A stretch of 64,000 bases of DNA from an uncultured Candidatus Rokubacteria bacterium (GCA_963754315.1 CAVWFS010000007.1:800001-864000), one strand, 5' to 3'; counted from the first letter of the stretch, positions 19,873-29,689 are shown. Numbers and translations are program-made. The notes: generated from the sequence alone by a model not told the origin.

Positions 19873-20805
19873 CTATCCGGCAAGCCGTTGCAGGAACTCG
19901 GCGTTCGTCCGCGTGAGCTTGAGGCGTTCGAGCAAGCTCTCCATCGCATCGACCGGTTTCATCTCGGCCAGCAGGCGGCGCAGGAGCCGCCCGCGCGTCA
20001 TCTCGTCTGGTGTGAACAGCAGCTCCTCGCGGCGCGTGCCCGAGCGTATCACGTCGAAAGAGGGGAAGATGCGTCGGTCGGCCAGATCACGCGAGAGAAA
20101 GAGCTCCAGGTTCCCGGTCCCCTTGAACTCCTCGAAGATGATGTCGTCCATGCGGGAACCGGTGTCCACCAGCACGGTCCCCACGATCGTGAGTGAGCCC
20201 CCGGCCTCGATGGCGCGCGCGGCGCCAAAGAAGGCGCGCGGACCCAGGAGAGCCTGGGAGTCGATCCCGCCTGACATCGTTCGGCCCCCGGACGGCCGCT
20301 GATTGTTGTAGGCGCGCGTCATGCGAGTGAGCGAGTCGAAGAGGACCAGCACGTCGCGGCCCTGCTCGACCATCCGCTTGGCCTTGTCCAGAACCTGCTC
20401 GGTGAGCTGCACGTGCTGTCGTGGGGACTGATCGTTGCTCGAGGCAAAGATCTCGGTCGATTTCCCGAGGAGCATCCGGAAATCGGTCACCTCCTCGGGG
20501 CGCTCGTCGACCAGGAGAATGATCACCGCCACTTCCTGGTGATTGACCAGCACGGCCTTCGCGATCTGCTGAAGCAGGATGGTCTTCCCCGTCCGTGGCG
20601 GCGCCACGATGAGGCCGCGCTGGCCCTTTCCGATGGGGGCGACGAGGTCCATGACGCGCATGGACAGCTCGCCTGGCTCCGTTTCCAGCCGGAGCCGCTG
20701 GTGGGGCTGGACGGCCGTCAGAGTGTCGAACAGGGATGGGGGACGCTCGGGACGATGAGACCCCCGAGGGGGTCGAGGGCCGCGCCCAGGATACCGACGA
20801 GCCAC
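19873..20805 (-). CDS. rho: Rho-family ATPase lacking the N-terminal RNA-binding domain
   Basis: APIGKGQRGLIVAPPRTGKT, DERPEEVTD, DSLTRMTRAYN, SGGID, EEFKGTGN, SGTRREELL; only 310 aa. Confidence 0.9.
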   Translation of the reverse strand: MARRYPGRGPRPPRGSHRPERPPSLFDTLTAVQPHQRLRLETEPGELSMRVMDLVAPIGKGQRGLIVAPPRTGKTILLQQIAKAVLVNHQEVAVIILLVDERPEEVTDFRMLLGKSTEIFASSNDQSPRQHVQLTEQVLDKAKRMVEQGRDVLVLFDSLTRMTRAYNNQRPSGGRTMSGGIDSQALLGPRAFFGAARAIEAGGSLTIVGTVLVDTGSRMDDIIFEEFKGTGNLELFLSRDLADRRIFPSFDVIRSGTRREELLFTPDEMTRGRLLRRLLAEMKPVDAMESLLERLKLTRTNAEFLQRLAG

Positions 20806-20940
20806 GCTAGACGGGAATCATAGGGAATGTCTCTGACCCGCTCATTCTAGTGCACTCGAGGCTCCAGGTCACCCTTTGTCTCCCCGTGGCCGTCCTGGAC
20901 CGCACCGCTCCCCGCAGGCACGGGGGCTACAATGTCGATC

Positions 20941-22452
20941 GTGCGGGAGGCGGCCGCGCAGCGCGTCTTGTTGATCCGGGCCATCGAGGAGGTGGACCGG
21001 GATGGACGACTCCTCTCTCCCGAGGAACGTACCCGCATCACGGTGGCGGTCCACGCGACCGCCCAGGGGCCCCCCGCGCTGATGCTCGAGCAGCGCGCGG
21101 TACGCCTGATCGAGAATCTAGCCGAGCGGGCCCCCTGGATCAACGCGGTTCTGAACGCGACGCGCCCGCCCGCGACCGTCGCGTGGGTCCTCCTCGTGGC
21201 CGCTTGCCTCATCGGAGTGCTGAGCGACACTCTCGGCCCCGAACGTCGGGTCAATATCCTGTCCGTTCCCCTGCTCGGGCTGATCTTGTGGAATCTTGGT
21301 GTCTACGTAGCCCTCGCCGCCTGGTGGCTGGCGCGCGCACTCCGCCCGCCATTGCAGCGGGCAGACATGAGCCACCCCTCTGCGGGCTGGGTTGCCCTGG
21401 CGACGAGCTGGGCGAACTGGCGCGCACGGCGTCCGCTCCGCGCCCGCACGGAGGGGGCCCGTCTCGTCGGGCAGGTCGTGAACGCCTACGTGGGTTACTG
21501 GCGGCGCCTCGCCACGCCCCTCGTGGCCGCTCGCGTACGCGGCCTCCTGAACCTGGGCGCCGCGCTGATCGCCCTTGGTGTCCTGGTTGGAACCTACTGG
21601 CGAGGTATCGCGTTCGAGTACCGGGCTACGTGGGAGAGCACGTTTCTGGACCCCCATGCCCTGCGAGCCATTCTCGCTGCCCTGCTCGGCCCGTCGAGTC
21701 TCCTGCTCGGCGAGCCGATTCCCTCGGCCGCGGTTCTGGCCGCCATGCGCGCACCGGCCACGGGCGAGGCGGCCCCCTGGATTCATCGCTACGCGCTGAC
21801 GACCTTGCTCCTGGTCGTTGGCCCGCGCATGCTGCTGGCCGCGGGCGCCTTCGCGCGTGCCGGGCGACTCGCTGCCAACCTTCCTGTCGACCTGGGCGAG
21901 CCCTACTTCAGCCGTCTAACACCAGGCAGGGGTCAGCGGACCCACGTCGAGATCCTGCCCTATGGGATCACCTTCACACCCGGAGCAGAGGACACGCTCC
22001 GCGATCTCGTCCGGGACCTCGTCGGTGCTGCCGCCGACGTGCGCGTCGCGGACACAATGCCCTACGGGGCCGAGCCGGAGGCCGCATGGGAGGCAAGCCC
22101 TGGGACAGGCGGCGGCAGCGAGCAGTGGCGGCTGCTCGTCTTCAGCCTGGCCCAGTCCCCCGAGGATGAGGTGCACGGTGCCGTGATCGCACGACTCGCC
22201 GCCTGGGTGTCCGAGGTAAAGCCGGGAATCCGACGTGCCCTCGTCGTCGTCGATGCGTCATCCTATCGTCTGCGCCTGGCGGGATCAGGGGCCGAGGGGG
22301 TACGCGTGGCCGAGCGGCAGCGCGCCTGGGACCTCGTCGCTCGGCGGGCGGGATCGACCATCGTGCATCTGGATCTCGCACGTGATGTCGCCGACGATCA
22401 GGTACTCACCCGTCTGCGGCGCAGCGTGTGGCCCCCCCTGGCCGCTGCCTAG
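20941..22452 (+). CDS. DUF2868-family membrane protein
   Basis: REAAAQRVLLIRAIEEVD, RRVNILSVPLLGLILWNL, RGIAFEYRATWESTFL, APWIHRYA, VVGPR. GTG 20941 is preferred (7 nt after TACAAT); ATG 20932 is also possible. Confidence 0.75.
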   Translation: MREAAAQRVLLIRAIEEVDRDGRLLSPEERTRITVAVHATAQGPPALMLEQRAVRLIENLAERAPWINAVLNATRPPATVAWVLLVAACLIGVLSDTLGPERRVNILSVPLLGLILWNLGVYVALAAWWLARALRPPLQRADMSHPSAGWVALATSWANWRARRPLRARTEGARLVGQVVNAYVGYWRRLATPLVAARVRGLLNLGAALIALGVLVGTYWRGIAFEYRATWESTFLDPHALRAILAALLGPSSLLLGEPIPSAAVLAAMRAPATGEAAPWIHRYALTTLLLVVGPRMLLAAGAFARAGRLAANLPVDLGEPYFSRLTPGRGQRTHVEILPYGITFTPGAEDTLRDLVRDLVGAAADVRVADTMPYGAEPEAAWEASPGTGGGSEQWRLLVFSLAQSPEDEVHGAVIARLAAWVSEVKPGIRRALVVVDASSYRLRLAGSGAEGVRVAERQRAWDLVARRAGSTIVHLDLARDVADDQVLTRLRRSVWPPLAAA

Positions 22453-22458
22453 AATGTC

Positions 22459-23955
22459 GTGACCCCGGTCTCGGTAACCCTGAGCCTGATCTCCCACACC
22501 AACGTCGGGAAGACGACGCTGGCCCGAACGCTCCTGCGTCGCGACGTCGGCGAGGTACGCGATCAGGCCCACGTCACCGAGCGAAGCGAACGCTACACCT
22601 TGGCGGAGTCGGATGGAAGCCAGCTCGTCCTGTGGGATACGCCCGGCCTCGGAAACACAGTCCGGCTGATGGGGCGCCTACGGGGACAGTCGAACCCGAT
22701 CGGGTGGCTGCTCAGCCAGGTGTGGGACCGCCTTACCGACCGACCGTTCTGGTCGAGCCAGCAAGCGATCCGCAACGCACGTGACGAGGCCGACGCCGTT
22801 CTGTATCTCGTCAACGCGGCGGAGGAGCCCGAGCAGGCCGCCTACGTAACCACCGAGCTCGAGTTGCTCACCTGGATCGGCCGGCCCGTGCTGGTCGTCC
22901 TCAATCAGACCGGTCCCGCGCTCCCGATGCTCGCCGGTGAGCCGGGGGCCGTCGAGGCGAGGCGGCTCGAACAGATCTGGCGCGAACATGCCGCCCCCTG
23001 GCCGATCGTGCGCGACGTGTTGGCGCTCGACGCCTTCTCTCGGTGCTGGGTCCAGGAGAGTGTCCTCTTCATGCGGCTTCTGCCGCTACTGCCCCCGGAG
23101 AAGCAGCCGACGCTCGAGGGCTGTGCCGCCGTTTGGCGTGAGCGCAGCCTGGTCGTTCTGCGCGGCGCGCTGGGGCAAATGGCGTCCTACCTGGTGGCCA
23201 CCGCGGCCGACCGAGAGGTCATGGCGGCGCCCCGCCCCGGCGTGTTCGGGCGTCTCGCCGCCCTCGCCCCGGCGGCCAGTCGGCGGGCCATGCGCCAACT
23301 GCGCGAACGGCTGGAGATACGGACGCGGAAGCTGGTGGATGCGCTCGTGGCCGATCACGGATTGGACGGACACTCCAGCCTCAAGCTGCAGGAGCGCCTT
23401 GAGCACTTCGTGGTCATCGGAGCCGAATGGCTCACGCCGGGAAAGGGGGCGATGGTCGGCGGCGCCGTGAGCGGAGCGCTGGGAGGACTGGCGGCGGACG
23501 CGGCGGCCGCCGGCCTCACCTTCGGCGGTGGCGCAGTGCTGGGCGCCATCCTCGGCGCTCTCGGCGGTGCCGGGCTCGCCGCCGGCTACCGTCTCGTGCA
23601 GGGGGAGAGCGAGCCAGGTGTCTCGTGGGCCCCCGCCTTTCTCAACGACCTCTGCCAGCAGACGGTGCTGCGCTACCTGGCTGTCGCGCACTTCGGACGA
23701 GGCCGAGGAGGCTACGAAGACTTCGAGCTACCGGCGCGCTGGGCGGAACTGGTGAACGAGATCCAGGCCGACTACGAGGCGAGCCTCACCGAGATCTGGA
23801 CCCTGAGCGTCCGCGTCGACTCCGCCGCGCTGGTCGAAGCCAAGTCGCGGCTGTTCTCGGTGCTGCAGACCTTGACGACGGCGGTCCTGGCCCGCGGCTA
23901 CCCCGACGCCGCACCCTGGCTCAGTCGCTCCCAAGAAGCAGGAGGACGGTCGTGA
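22459..23955 (+). CDS. P-loop GTPase with C-terminal DUF3482-like region and glycine-zipper membrane hairpin
   Basis: SHTNVGKTT (G1), WDTPG (G3), VLNQTG (G4 variant), GAVSGALGGLAAD..GLTFGGGAVLGAILGALGG, LRYLAVAHFGRGRG. Confidence 0.82.
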   Translation: MTPVSVTLSLISHTNVGKTTLARTLLRRDVGEVRDQAHVTERSERYTLAESDGSQLVLWDTPGLGNTVRLMGRLRGQSNPIGWLLSQVWDRLTDRPFWSSQQAIRNARDEADAVLYLVNAAEEPEQAAYVTTELELLTWIGRPVLVVLNQTGPALPMLAGEPGAVEARRLEQIWREHAAPWPIVRDVLALDAFSRCWVQESVLFMRLLPLLPPEKQPTLEGCAAVWRERSLVVLRGALGQMASYLVATAADREVMAAPRPGVFGRLAALAPAASRRAMRQLRERLEIRTRKLVDALVADHGLDGHSSLKLQERLEHFVVIGAEWLTPGKGAMVGGAVSGALGGLAADAAAAGLTFGGGAVLGAILGALGGAGLAAGYRLVQGESEPGVSWAPAFLNDLCQQTVLRYLAVAHFGRGRGGYEDFELPARWAELVNEIQADYEASLTEIWTLSVRVDSAALVEAKSRLFSVLQTLTTAVLARGYPDAAPWLSRSQEAGGRS

Positions 23956-25997
23956 ACGCATTCATCGTACGGCCCTTCGGCGCGAAGACCTACATCGACC
24001 CCACCACCAGGGCGCCGGTCACCGTCGACTTCGACACGATCGACCGGGAGCTGATCGATCCGGTCCTGCGCAGGCTCGGCATCATCGGGCGCACGACCGG
24101 GGAGATCGTGGAAGCGGGTAACATCGTCCGCGACATGTTCGAGCTTTTGCTCACCCGCGACCTGGTCATCGCGGACGTCTCGATCCACAACGCCAATGTT
24201 TTCTACGAGCTCGGCATCCGCCATGCCCTGCGCGACAAGCGCACGTTTCTCATTCGCTTCAAGGGCGACCCCATGCCGTTCGACAACCTGACCGAGCGGT
24301 ATTTCGAGTACGACCGCGACAATCCGGGCGCCAGCGTCGACCGCCTGCACGAGGCGCTGGCACGGACACTGGAATCGCCCGGGATGGACAGCCCCGTCTT
24401 CCGGTCGCTACCCGATCTGCACGCCCAGGATCCGGCACGCTTCGTCGCCGTCCCGGCCGACTTTGGCGAGGAGGTGGAGCGCGCGGCGATGGCGAAGCAG
24501 GCCGGTGACCTCAGCCTGCTCGCTCTGGAGGCCGAAGCATTCACGTGGGCTGTCCAGGGGCTCCGTGACGTGGGGCGGGCCCAGTTCTCCCTGAACGCCA
24601 TGGAAGCGGCTCGCCAAACCTGGGAAGCCGTTCGAGAGGTCGACGCAAACGATCTCGAAAGCAACGAGCGGCTGGGGACGATCTTCCAGCGCCTGGGCGA
24701 CCTCGTCCGCTCCAGCCAAGCCCTCGACCGCGTCCTCGCTCATGGCGATCTCGCCGCGTACCGCCGCGCGGAGATTCAGTCGCTGGTGGGTCGCAACGCG
24801 AAGACCTTGTGGCAACGAGACTGGGAGGCGCAGCCGAACGAGCAGGCGCGACGAGAGACGGCGCTGGGGTCACCGTTCCTGCTGAAGTCGTTCGAGGCCT
24901 ACGATCTCGGATTTCTTCTCGATCGCAACCATTTTTACTCGGGCTTGAACGCCGCAGGGCTGCTGACCGTGCTCATCGCCCTCGCGCGTGATCTCGGCCA
25001 GGTCTGGACGGGCGCCTTCGAGTCAGACAAGCAAGCGGCCGATCGGCTGGAAGAGCTTGAAGCCCACCGCGCCAAGCTCGTGGCCGGGGTGGATCTCGCG
25101 TTCGAGACAGAGCAGGCGCGCCTCGACCGAGAAGGGGAGCCCGACATCTGGTTCGAGATCAGCAAGGCCGACCTTGCGTGCCTCGTCTCCAAGCGACCCC
25201 AGTACGTCGCCAACGCCTACCGGCGGGCTCTCGCGAAGGCCCAGGACTTCCATCGCAACTCGGCCGGCCAGCAGCTCGTCCTCTACGAGCAGCTCGGCGT
25301 GCTGCCAGACAATGCCCGAGCCGCGCTCGCCGTCGTCGCCCCACCGGCATCACCCGGGAAGGTGCGGCCGCCCCGGACCATCCTCTTCACTGGCCATCGT
25401 CTCGACGAGCCGGGACGCGCCACGCCGCGGTTCCCGGCCCACCAAGAGGCAAGGGCGCGCGAGGCGATCGAGGCGGCAGTCCGGAGCGAGCGCGACACGG
25501 CAGGGACCGAGATCGTCGGAATCGCCGGCGGCGCGAGCGGTGGCGACATCCTCTTCCACGAGGTATGCCAGGCGCTGTCCATTCCCACCACGCTCTATCT
25601 TCCCTTTCCGGCCGATGACTATGTTGCTGCCTCCGTGCAGGATGCCGGCCCCGGCTGGATCGCGCGATTCCACCAGCTCGCGCAGAGCCTCCCCGCGCGG
25701 GTGCTGCAGGACTCGGCGGCGCTGCCCGTCTGGCTACGCCGCCGGCCGGGCTATACCATCTGGGATCGCAACAATCTCTGGATGCTGCAGAATGCGCTGG
25801 TCAAGGGGGGCGCCCACACAACCGTGATCGCCCTCTGGGACGGAGGCGCCGGCGATGGCCCTGGCGGCACCCAGCACATGGTCGAGACGGCCCGAAAACG
25901 AGGGGCGCGCACGATCGTGCTCGACACGCGCGAGATCTTCGGCACCGGCTCGACCAGAGACCGCACCACCATCCGAAATGCGAGAGGAGAACGCTGA
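23952..25997 (+). CDS. Deoxyribohydrolase-like (DUF4071/ASK1-type) + TPR + SLOG multidomain protein
   Basis: GTG 23952 with GGAGG RBS. AFIVRPFG..DLVIADVSIHNANVFYELGIRHA..PFD..DSPVF; helical middle (SLVGRNAK, FYSGLNAA, DIWFEISKAD); C-terminal LFTGHRLD..GGASGGDILFHE..LPFP..RNNLWML..ALWDG..GPGGT. Confidence 0.78.
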   Translation: MNAFIVRPFGAKTYIDPTTRAPVTVDFDTIDRELIDPVLRRLGIIGRTTGEIVEAGNIVRDMFELLLTRDLVIADVSIHNANVFYELGIRHALRDKRTFLIRFKGDPMPFDNLTERYFEYDRDNPGASVDRLHEALARTLESPGMDSPVFRSLPDLHAQDPARFVAVPADFGEEVERAAMAKQAGDLSLLALEAEAFTWAVQGLRDVGRAQFSLNAMEAARQTWEAVREVDANDLESNERLGTIFQRLGDLVRSSQALDRVLAHGDLAAYRRAEIQSLVGRNAKTLWQRDWEAQPNEQARRETALGSPFLLKSFEAYDLGFLLDRNHFYSGLNAAGLLTVLIALARDLGQVWTGAFESDKQAADRLEELEAHRAKLVAGVDLAFETEQARLDREGEPDIWFEISKADLACLVSKRPQYVANAYRRALAKAQDFHRNSAGQQLVLYEQLGVLPDNARAALAVVAPPASPGKVRPPRTILFTGHRLDEPGRATPRFPAHQEARAREAIEAAVRSERDTAGTEIVGIAGGASGGDILFHEVCQALSIPTTLYLPFPADDYVAASVQDAGPGWIARFHQLAQSLPARVLQDSAALPVWLRRRPGYTIWDRNNLWMLQNALVKGGAHTTVIALWDGGAGDGPGGTQHMVETARKRGARTIVLDTREIFGTGSTRDRTTIRNARGER

Positions 25998-27031
25998 TGA
26001 AGCTCGGACTGAGTATCGGATACTCCGGCGCCCAGCTGGACCTGCCGGTGGACAAGGTGCTGCTCGCGGAGCGCCTGGGATTCGACTCCGTGTGGACTGC
26101 CGAAGCGTATGGCTCCGACGCTATCACGCCCCTCGCCTATCTCGCCGCTCTGACCAAGCGCATTCGACTCGGGACCGGGATCATGCAGCTGGCTGCCCGC
26201 CCTCCCGCAACGGCTGCCATGGCCGCCGGAACCCTGGCGGCCCTTGCCGGTGGTGATCGGGTCATCGCGGGCCTCGGCGTGTCGGGGCCGCAGATCGTCG
26301 AGGGATGGTACGGCCAGCCCTGGGGCCGGCCGTACTGGCGCCTGCGTGACTACGTCGCCATCATGCGCAAGATCTTCGAGCGCAAGGAGCCCGTGCGCCA
26401 TGACGGACGCGAGATCTCGCTCCCGTATACCGGTCCCGGGACGCTCGGCGTTGGGAAACCGCTCACGTCGATCCTGCACATGAACCCGCGCTTGCCCATT
26501 TGGCTCGGTACCGGCACCGAAGCCAACGTGAAGCTCACGGCCGAGATCGCCGATGGCTGGCTGCCGCTCGGCTTCGTGCCGCGCCTGATGCCGATGCTCC
26601 GTCCGTGGCTCGAGGAAGGATTTCGCCGGGCGGGCGGCGGCAAGTCGTGGGCGAGCCTCGAGATCCAGCCCCGCGCCGACGTGGTGATCACCGACGATGT
26701 GCGGGGCGCCCTCGCCCGCATGAAGCCGCGCGTGGCGCTCTACGCAGGCGGCATGGGACACCGCGACACGAACTTCCACAAGGACATGATGGTTCGGCGC
26801 GGCTTCGGCGACGCCGCCCAGCGTATCCAGGAGCTCTACCTCGCCGGCCGGAAGGCAGAAGCCATCGAGGCGGTGCCCGACGAGTTCTGCGACGAGGCGG
26901 CGCTGGTGGGCCCGCCGGCGCGAATCCGGGAACGGTATCGCGCCTGGGCCGACTCGGGCATCACCGGGCTCACCATCGTCGCCGAGGATCCGGCGGCGCT
27001 CACGTTGATGGCCGAGCTGGCCCGGAGCTGA
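25997..27031 (+). CDS. LLM-class (F420-type) oxidoreductase
   Basis: AERLGFDSVWTAEAYGSDA, GLGVSGPQIVEGWYG. Confidence 0.92.
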   Translation: MKLGLSIGYSGAQLDLPVDKVLLAERLGFDSVWTAEAYGSDAITPLAYLAALTKRIRLGTGIMQLAARPPATAAMAAGTLAALAGGDRVIAGLGVSGPQIVEGWYGQPWGRPYWRLRDYVAIMRKIFERKEPVRHDGREISLPYTGPGTLGVGKPLTSILHMNPRLPIWLGTGTEANVKLTAEIADGWLPLGFVPRLMPMLRPWLEEGFRRAGGGKSWASLEIQPRADVVITDDVRGALARMKPRVALYAGGMGHRDTNFHKDMMVRRGFGDAAQRIQELYLAGRKAEAIEAVPDEFCDEAALVGPPARIRERYRAWADSGITGLTIVAEDPAALTLMAELARS

Positions 27032-27042
27032 TGGATGGACAG

Positions 27043-27513
27043 CTAGTGACGCGCGGCCGCGACCTCGCCCGTTTCCATGTCGATCAGGTCCCGCCGGGGC
27101 CCCATCGTCCGCATGGCCTCGAAGCCATCCACGACCATGTCGCAGTAGAGCTCCACGCGGTTACCGTCGGGGTCGTGGAAATAGACGCTCCGGGTCACGT
27201 TGTGCTCGACGGTGGACTCGACCGCGATCCCGAGGTGTCCCAGCTCCCGGTAGGCCGCTTGCAGCTCTTCGAAGCTTCCTACCTGCCACGCCGTGTGGTG
27301 GAGGCCAGGCTGGTGCTCCTGTGGCGCCTCACCCGTGGCCAGCTGGAATAGCGCCAGGTCGTGGTGCTGGACACCAAAGCTGAGGAAGACCGTCCCGCGC
27401 GCGCGATCCTCGTGGGCCACTCTGAGGCCCAGGGCCCGTGTGTAGAATTCCTTGGACTTCTGGGCATCGCGGACCTTCAACACGATATGGCCGAGCTTGC
27501 GTGCCTGGATCAT
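27043..27513 (-). CDS. VOC/glyoxalase family protein
   Basis: LGHIVLKVRD, HHDLAL, GLHHTAW, SVYFHDPDGNRVELY. Confidence 0.9.
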   Translation of the reverse strand: MIQARKLGHIVLKVRDAQKSKEFYTRALGLRVAHEDRARGTVFLSFGVQHHDLALFQLATGEAPQEHQPGLHHTAWQVGSFEELQAAYRELGHLGIAVESTVEHNVTRSVYFHDPDGNRVELYCDMVVDGFEAMRTMGPRRDLIDMETGEVAAARH

Positions 27514-27647
27514 GTCGTTCCTCCCCGCTTCCTGGCAGCCTTTTCGTTCCGACACGACGGCCGCCGTCGGTGCCAGTATAGGCCAGAACGCAGCTCCGGC
27601 GAGAAAAGAGCCAGCCGGCGAACCGGACGCAACGGGAAGGGGCGAGC

Positions 27648-28628
27648 ATGAAGCTTGGATTGAGCCCGCTGCAGGCAGGGGGCGATTTCGAGGAGACGAT
27701 TCGCGAGTGTGAGGAGGCCGAGGCGGCCGGTTTCGATTCAGTGTGGCTCGGGGAGCACCACAACAGCCCCCTGCTCTATCCCACGCCGCTGCTAGGCCTG
27801 GCGGCCATCGCCAGCCGCACGCGCCGGCTGGGCCTCGGGACGGCCGTATTGCTCCTGCCGCTCTACCATCCGTTACGAGTGGCTGAGGAAGCGGCCATGG
27901 TGGACGTGATCTCCGGCGGCCGGCTCATCTTCGGCGTGGGTGTGGGCTACGCGCCCGAGGAGTTTGCCGCCTTCGGCGTGCCGCTCCAGGAGCGCGGCAG
28001 CCGCATGGACGAGGCCGTCCCCTTGATCAAGCGACTCTGGTCGGAGGAGACGGTCACTCATCACGGCACGCACTATCAGGTGACGAACGCGACCGTGCGG
28101 CCGCGCCCCGTGCAACGCCCGCGTCCACCGCTCTGGTTCGCCGGCTGGGTGCCGCCGGCCATCCGACGGGCTGCACGACTCGGTGACGCTTGGCTCGGCG
28201 GCCCTTCGGCGCGGCTGGATGAGCTGGTGAGCTGTGTGCGTCAGTACCGTGAGGCGCGGAAGGAGACGGCGAGGGATCCGGGCGCGGGCGATGTGGCCCT
28301 GATCAGGTACGTTTTCGTCGCCGAGAGCCTGGAGATCGCCCACGCCGTGGCCGGGGAATCGTTCGTTCGATCATTCGAGCAGACGTACTTTCGCTGGCCC
28401 CACCCGGTGGTGAAGCGTCCCGCCGGAGATCTCACGATCGACCGGTTGGCCCACGACCGCATCATCCTGGGTGACCCGACCAGCTGTATCCGGCAGATCC
28501 AGCGCTTTCAGCAGACCCTGGGGCTGACCCACCTGATCTGCCGCCTTTCGGTGGCCGGCATCCCGCGCGAAGCGACGCGGGCCGCGCTGGATCTGTTCAC
28601 CCGCGAAGTCATGCCCGCCGTTGCCTGA
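27648..28628 (+). CDS. LLM-class flavin-dependent oxidoreductase
   Basis: GFDSVWLGEHH, LPLYHPLRVAEE, PRPVQRPRPPLW. Confidence 0.92.
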   Translation: MKLGLSPLQAGGDFEETIRECEEAEAAGFDSVWLGEHHNSPLLYPTPLLGLAAIASRTRRLGLGTAVLLLPLYHPLRVAEEAAMVDVISGGRLIFGVGVGYAPEEFAAFGVPLQERGSRMDEAVPLIKRLWSEETVTHHGTHYQVTNATVRPRPVQRPRPPLWFAGWVPPAIRRAARLGDAWLGGPSARLDELVSCVRQYREARKETARDPGAGDVALIRYVFVAESLEIAHAVAGESFVRSFEQTYFRWPHPVVKRPAGDLTIDRLAHDRIILGDPTSCIRQIQRFQQTLGLTHLICRLSVAGIPREATRAALDLFTREVMPAVA

Positions 28629-28639
28629 TCGAGTCGGCG

Positions 28640-29689
28640 ATGGATCGCCGAATCATTCACATCGACATGGACGCCTTCTACGCCTCGGTGGAGCAGCGGG
28701 ATCACCCCGCGCTCGCGGGTCAGCCCGTCGTCGTCGGCAGTAGCTCGCGGCGTGCCGTGGTGGCGGCCGCGTCGTACGAAGCGCGCAGGTTCGGGATCCG
28801 CTCCGCCATGCCGATGTTCCGCGCCCGGCGACTGTGTCCCGAGCTGGTAATTGTCGACGCGCGGATGGATCACTACCGTGACGTGTCCGAGCGCATCCGG
28901 GCGATCCTGAGTCAGCACACGACGCTCATCGAACCGCTTGCCCTGGACGAGTGCTATCTCGACGTGAGCGAGCGGGCGGGCACGGTCACGGAAGCCGGCC
29001 AGCTGGCCCAGACCATGAAGGACGAGATCCGCCGGGACACAGGGCTGACCGCCTCCGCCGGGATCGCGCCCAACAAGTTCGCCGCCAAGATCGCCTCGGG
29101 CCTTCGCAAGCCCGACGGGCTCGTCGTGGTGCACGCTCACGACCTGGTCGACTTCCTCGCCCCGCTGCCGGTCTCCCGGATGTGGGGGGTCGGCCGGGTC
29201 ACCGAGCGTAAGCTCATCGCCGCCGGCATCCGGACCATCGGCGATCTGGCGCAGGCCGACCCGGCCTGGCTCCAAGCCCAGCTCGGCAAGCATGGGCCCC
29301 GAATGCACGCGTTCGCCCTCGGTCTCGACGACCGCGAGGTCCAGGTGTCGAGACAACCGAGGTCAGTGAGCAACGAGGCGACGTTCGAGGCTGACACGAC
29401 TGAGCTCGCCCTGCTCCATGAGCAGATTCGGAGCTTGGCGCGGACGGTGGCCGAACGCCTGCGGCGACGAGGCCTGTCGGGGCGAACGATCGTCCTGAAG
29501 TTGACCTACCGGAACTTCGAGCACATCTCTCGCCGGGCGACCCTTCTTCAGGCCACCGACGACGCGGAGACAATCGCCCTCGAAGCTCAGAGATTACTTG
29601 AACGCACCGAAGCGGGGGTGCGCCCGGTGCGGCTGCTCGGAATCGGGGTCACGACCCTCGGGACCGGGGGCCGCGCGACGGTCTCGTAG
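28640..29689 (+). CDS. dinB: DNA polymerase IV
   Basis: HIDMDAFYASVEQ, AASYEAR, EPLALDECYLD, AKIASGLRKPDG, VRLLGI. Confidence 0.95.
   Translation: MDRRIIHIDMDAFYASVEQRDHPALAGQPVVVGSSSRRAVVAAASYEARRFGIRSAMPMFRARRLCPELVIVDARMDHYRDVSERIRAILSQHTTLIEPLALDECYLDVSERAGTVTEAGQLAQTMKDEIRRDTGLTASAGIAPNKFAAKIASGLRKPDGLVVVHAHDLVDFLAPLPVSRMWGVGRVTERKLIAAGIRTIGDLAQADPAWLQAQLGKHGPRMHAFALGLDDREVQVSRQPRSVSNEATFEADTTELALLHEQIRSLARTVAERLRRRGLSGRTIVLKLTYRNFEHISRRATLLQATDDAETIALEAQRLLERTEAGVRPVRLLGIGVTTLGTGGRATVS

Noticed and set aside
23427..23951. N-terminal 175 aa of the 856-aa ORF
   Set aside because: Overlaps the GTPase gene out of frame; the better start is GTG 23952 with an RBS.
28560..28640. SOS box before dinB
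   Set aside because: dinB starts 11 bp after the LLM gene and no LexA-like palindrome was recognised.
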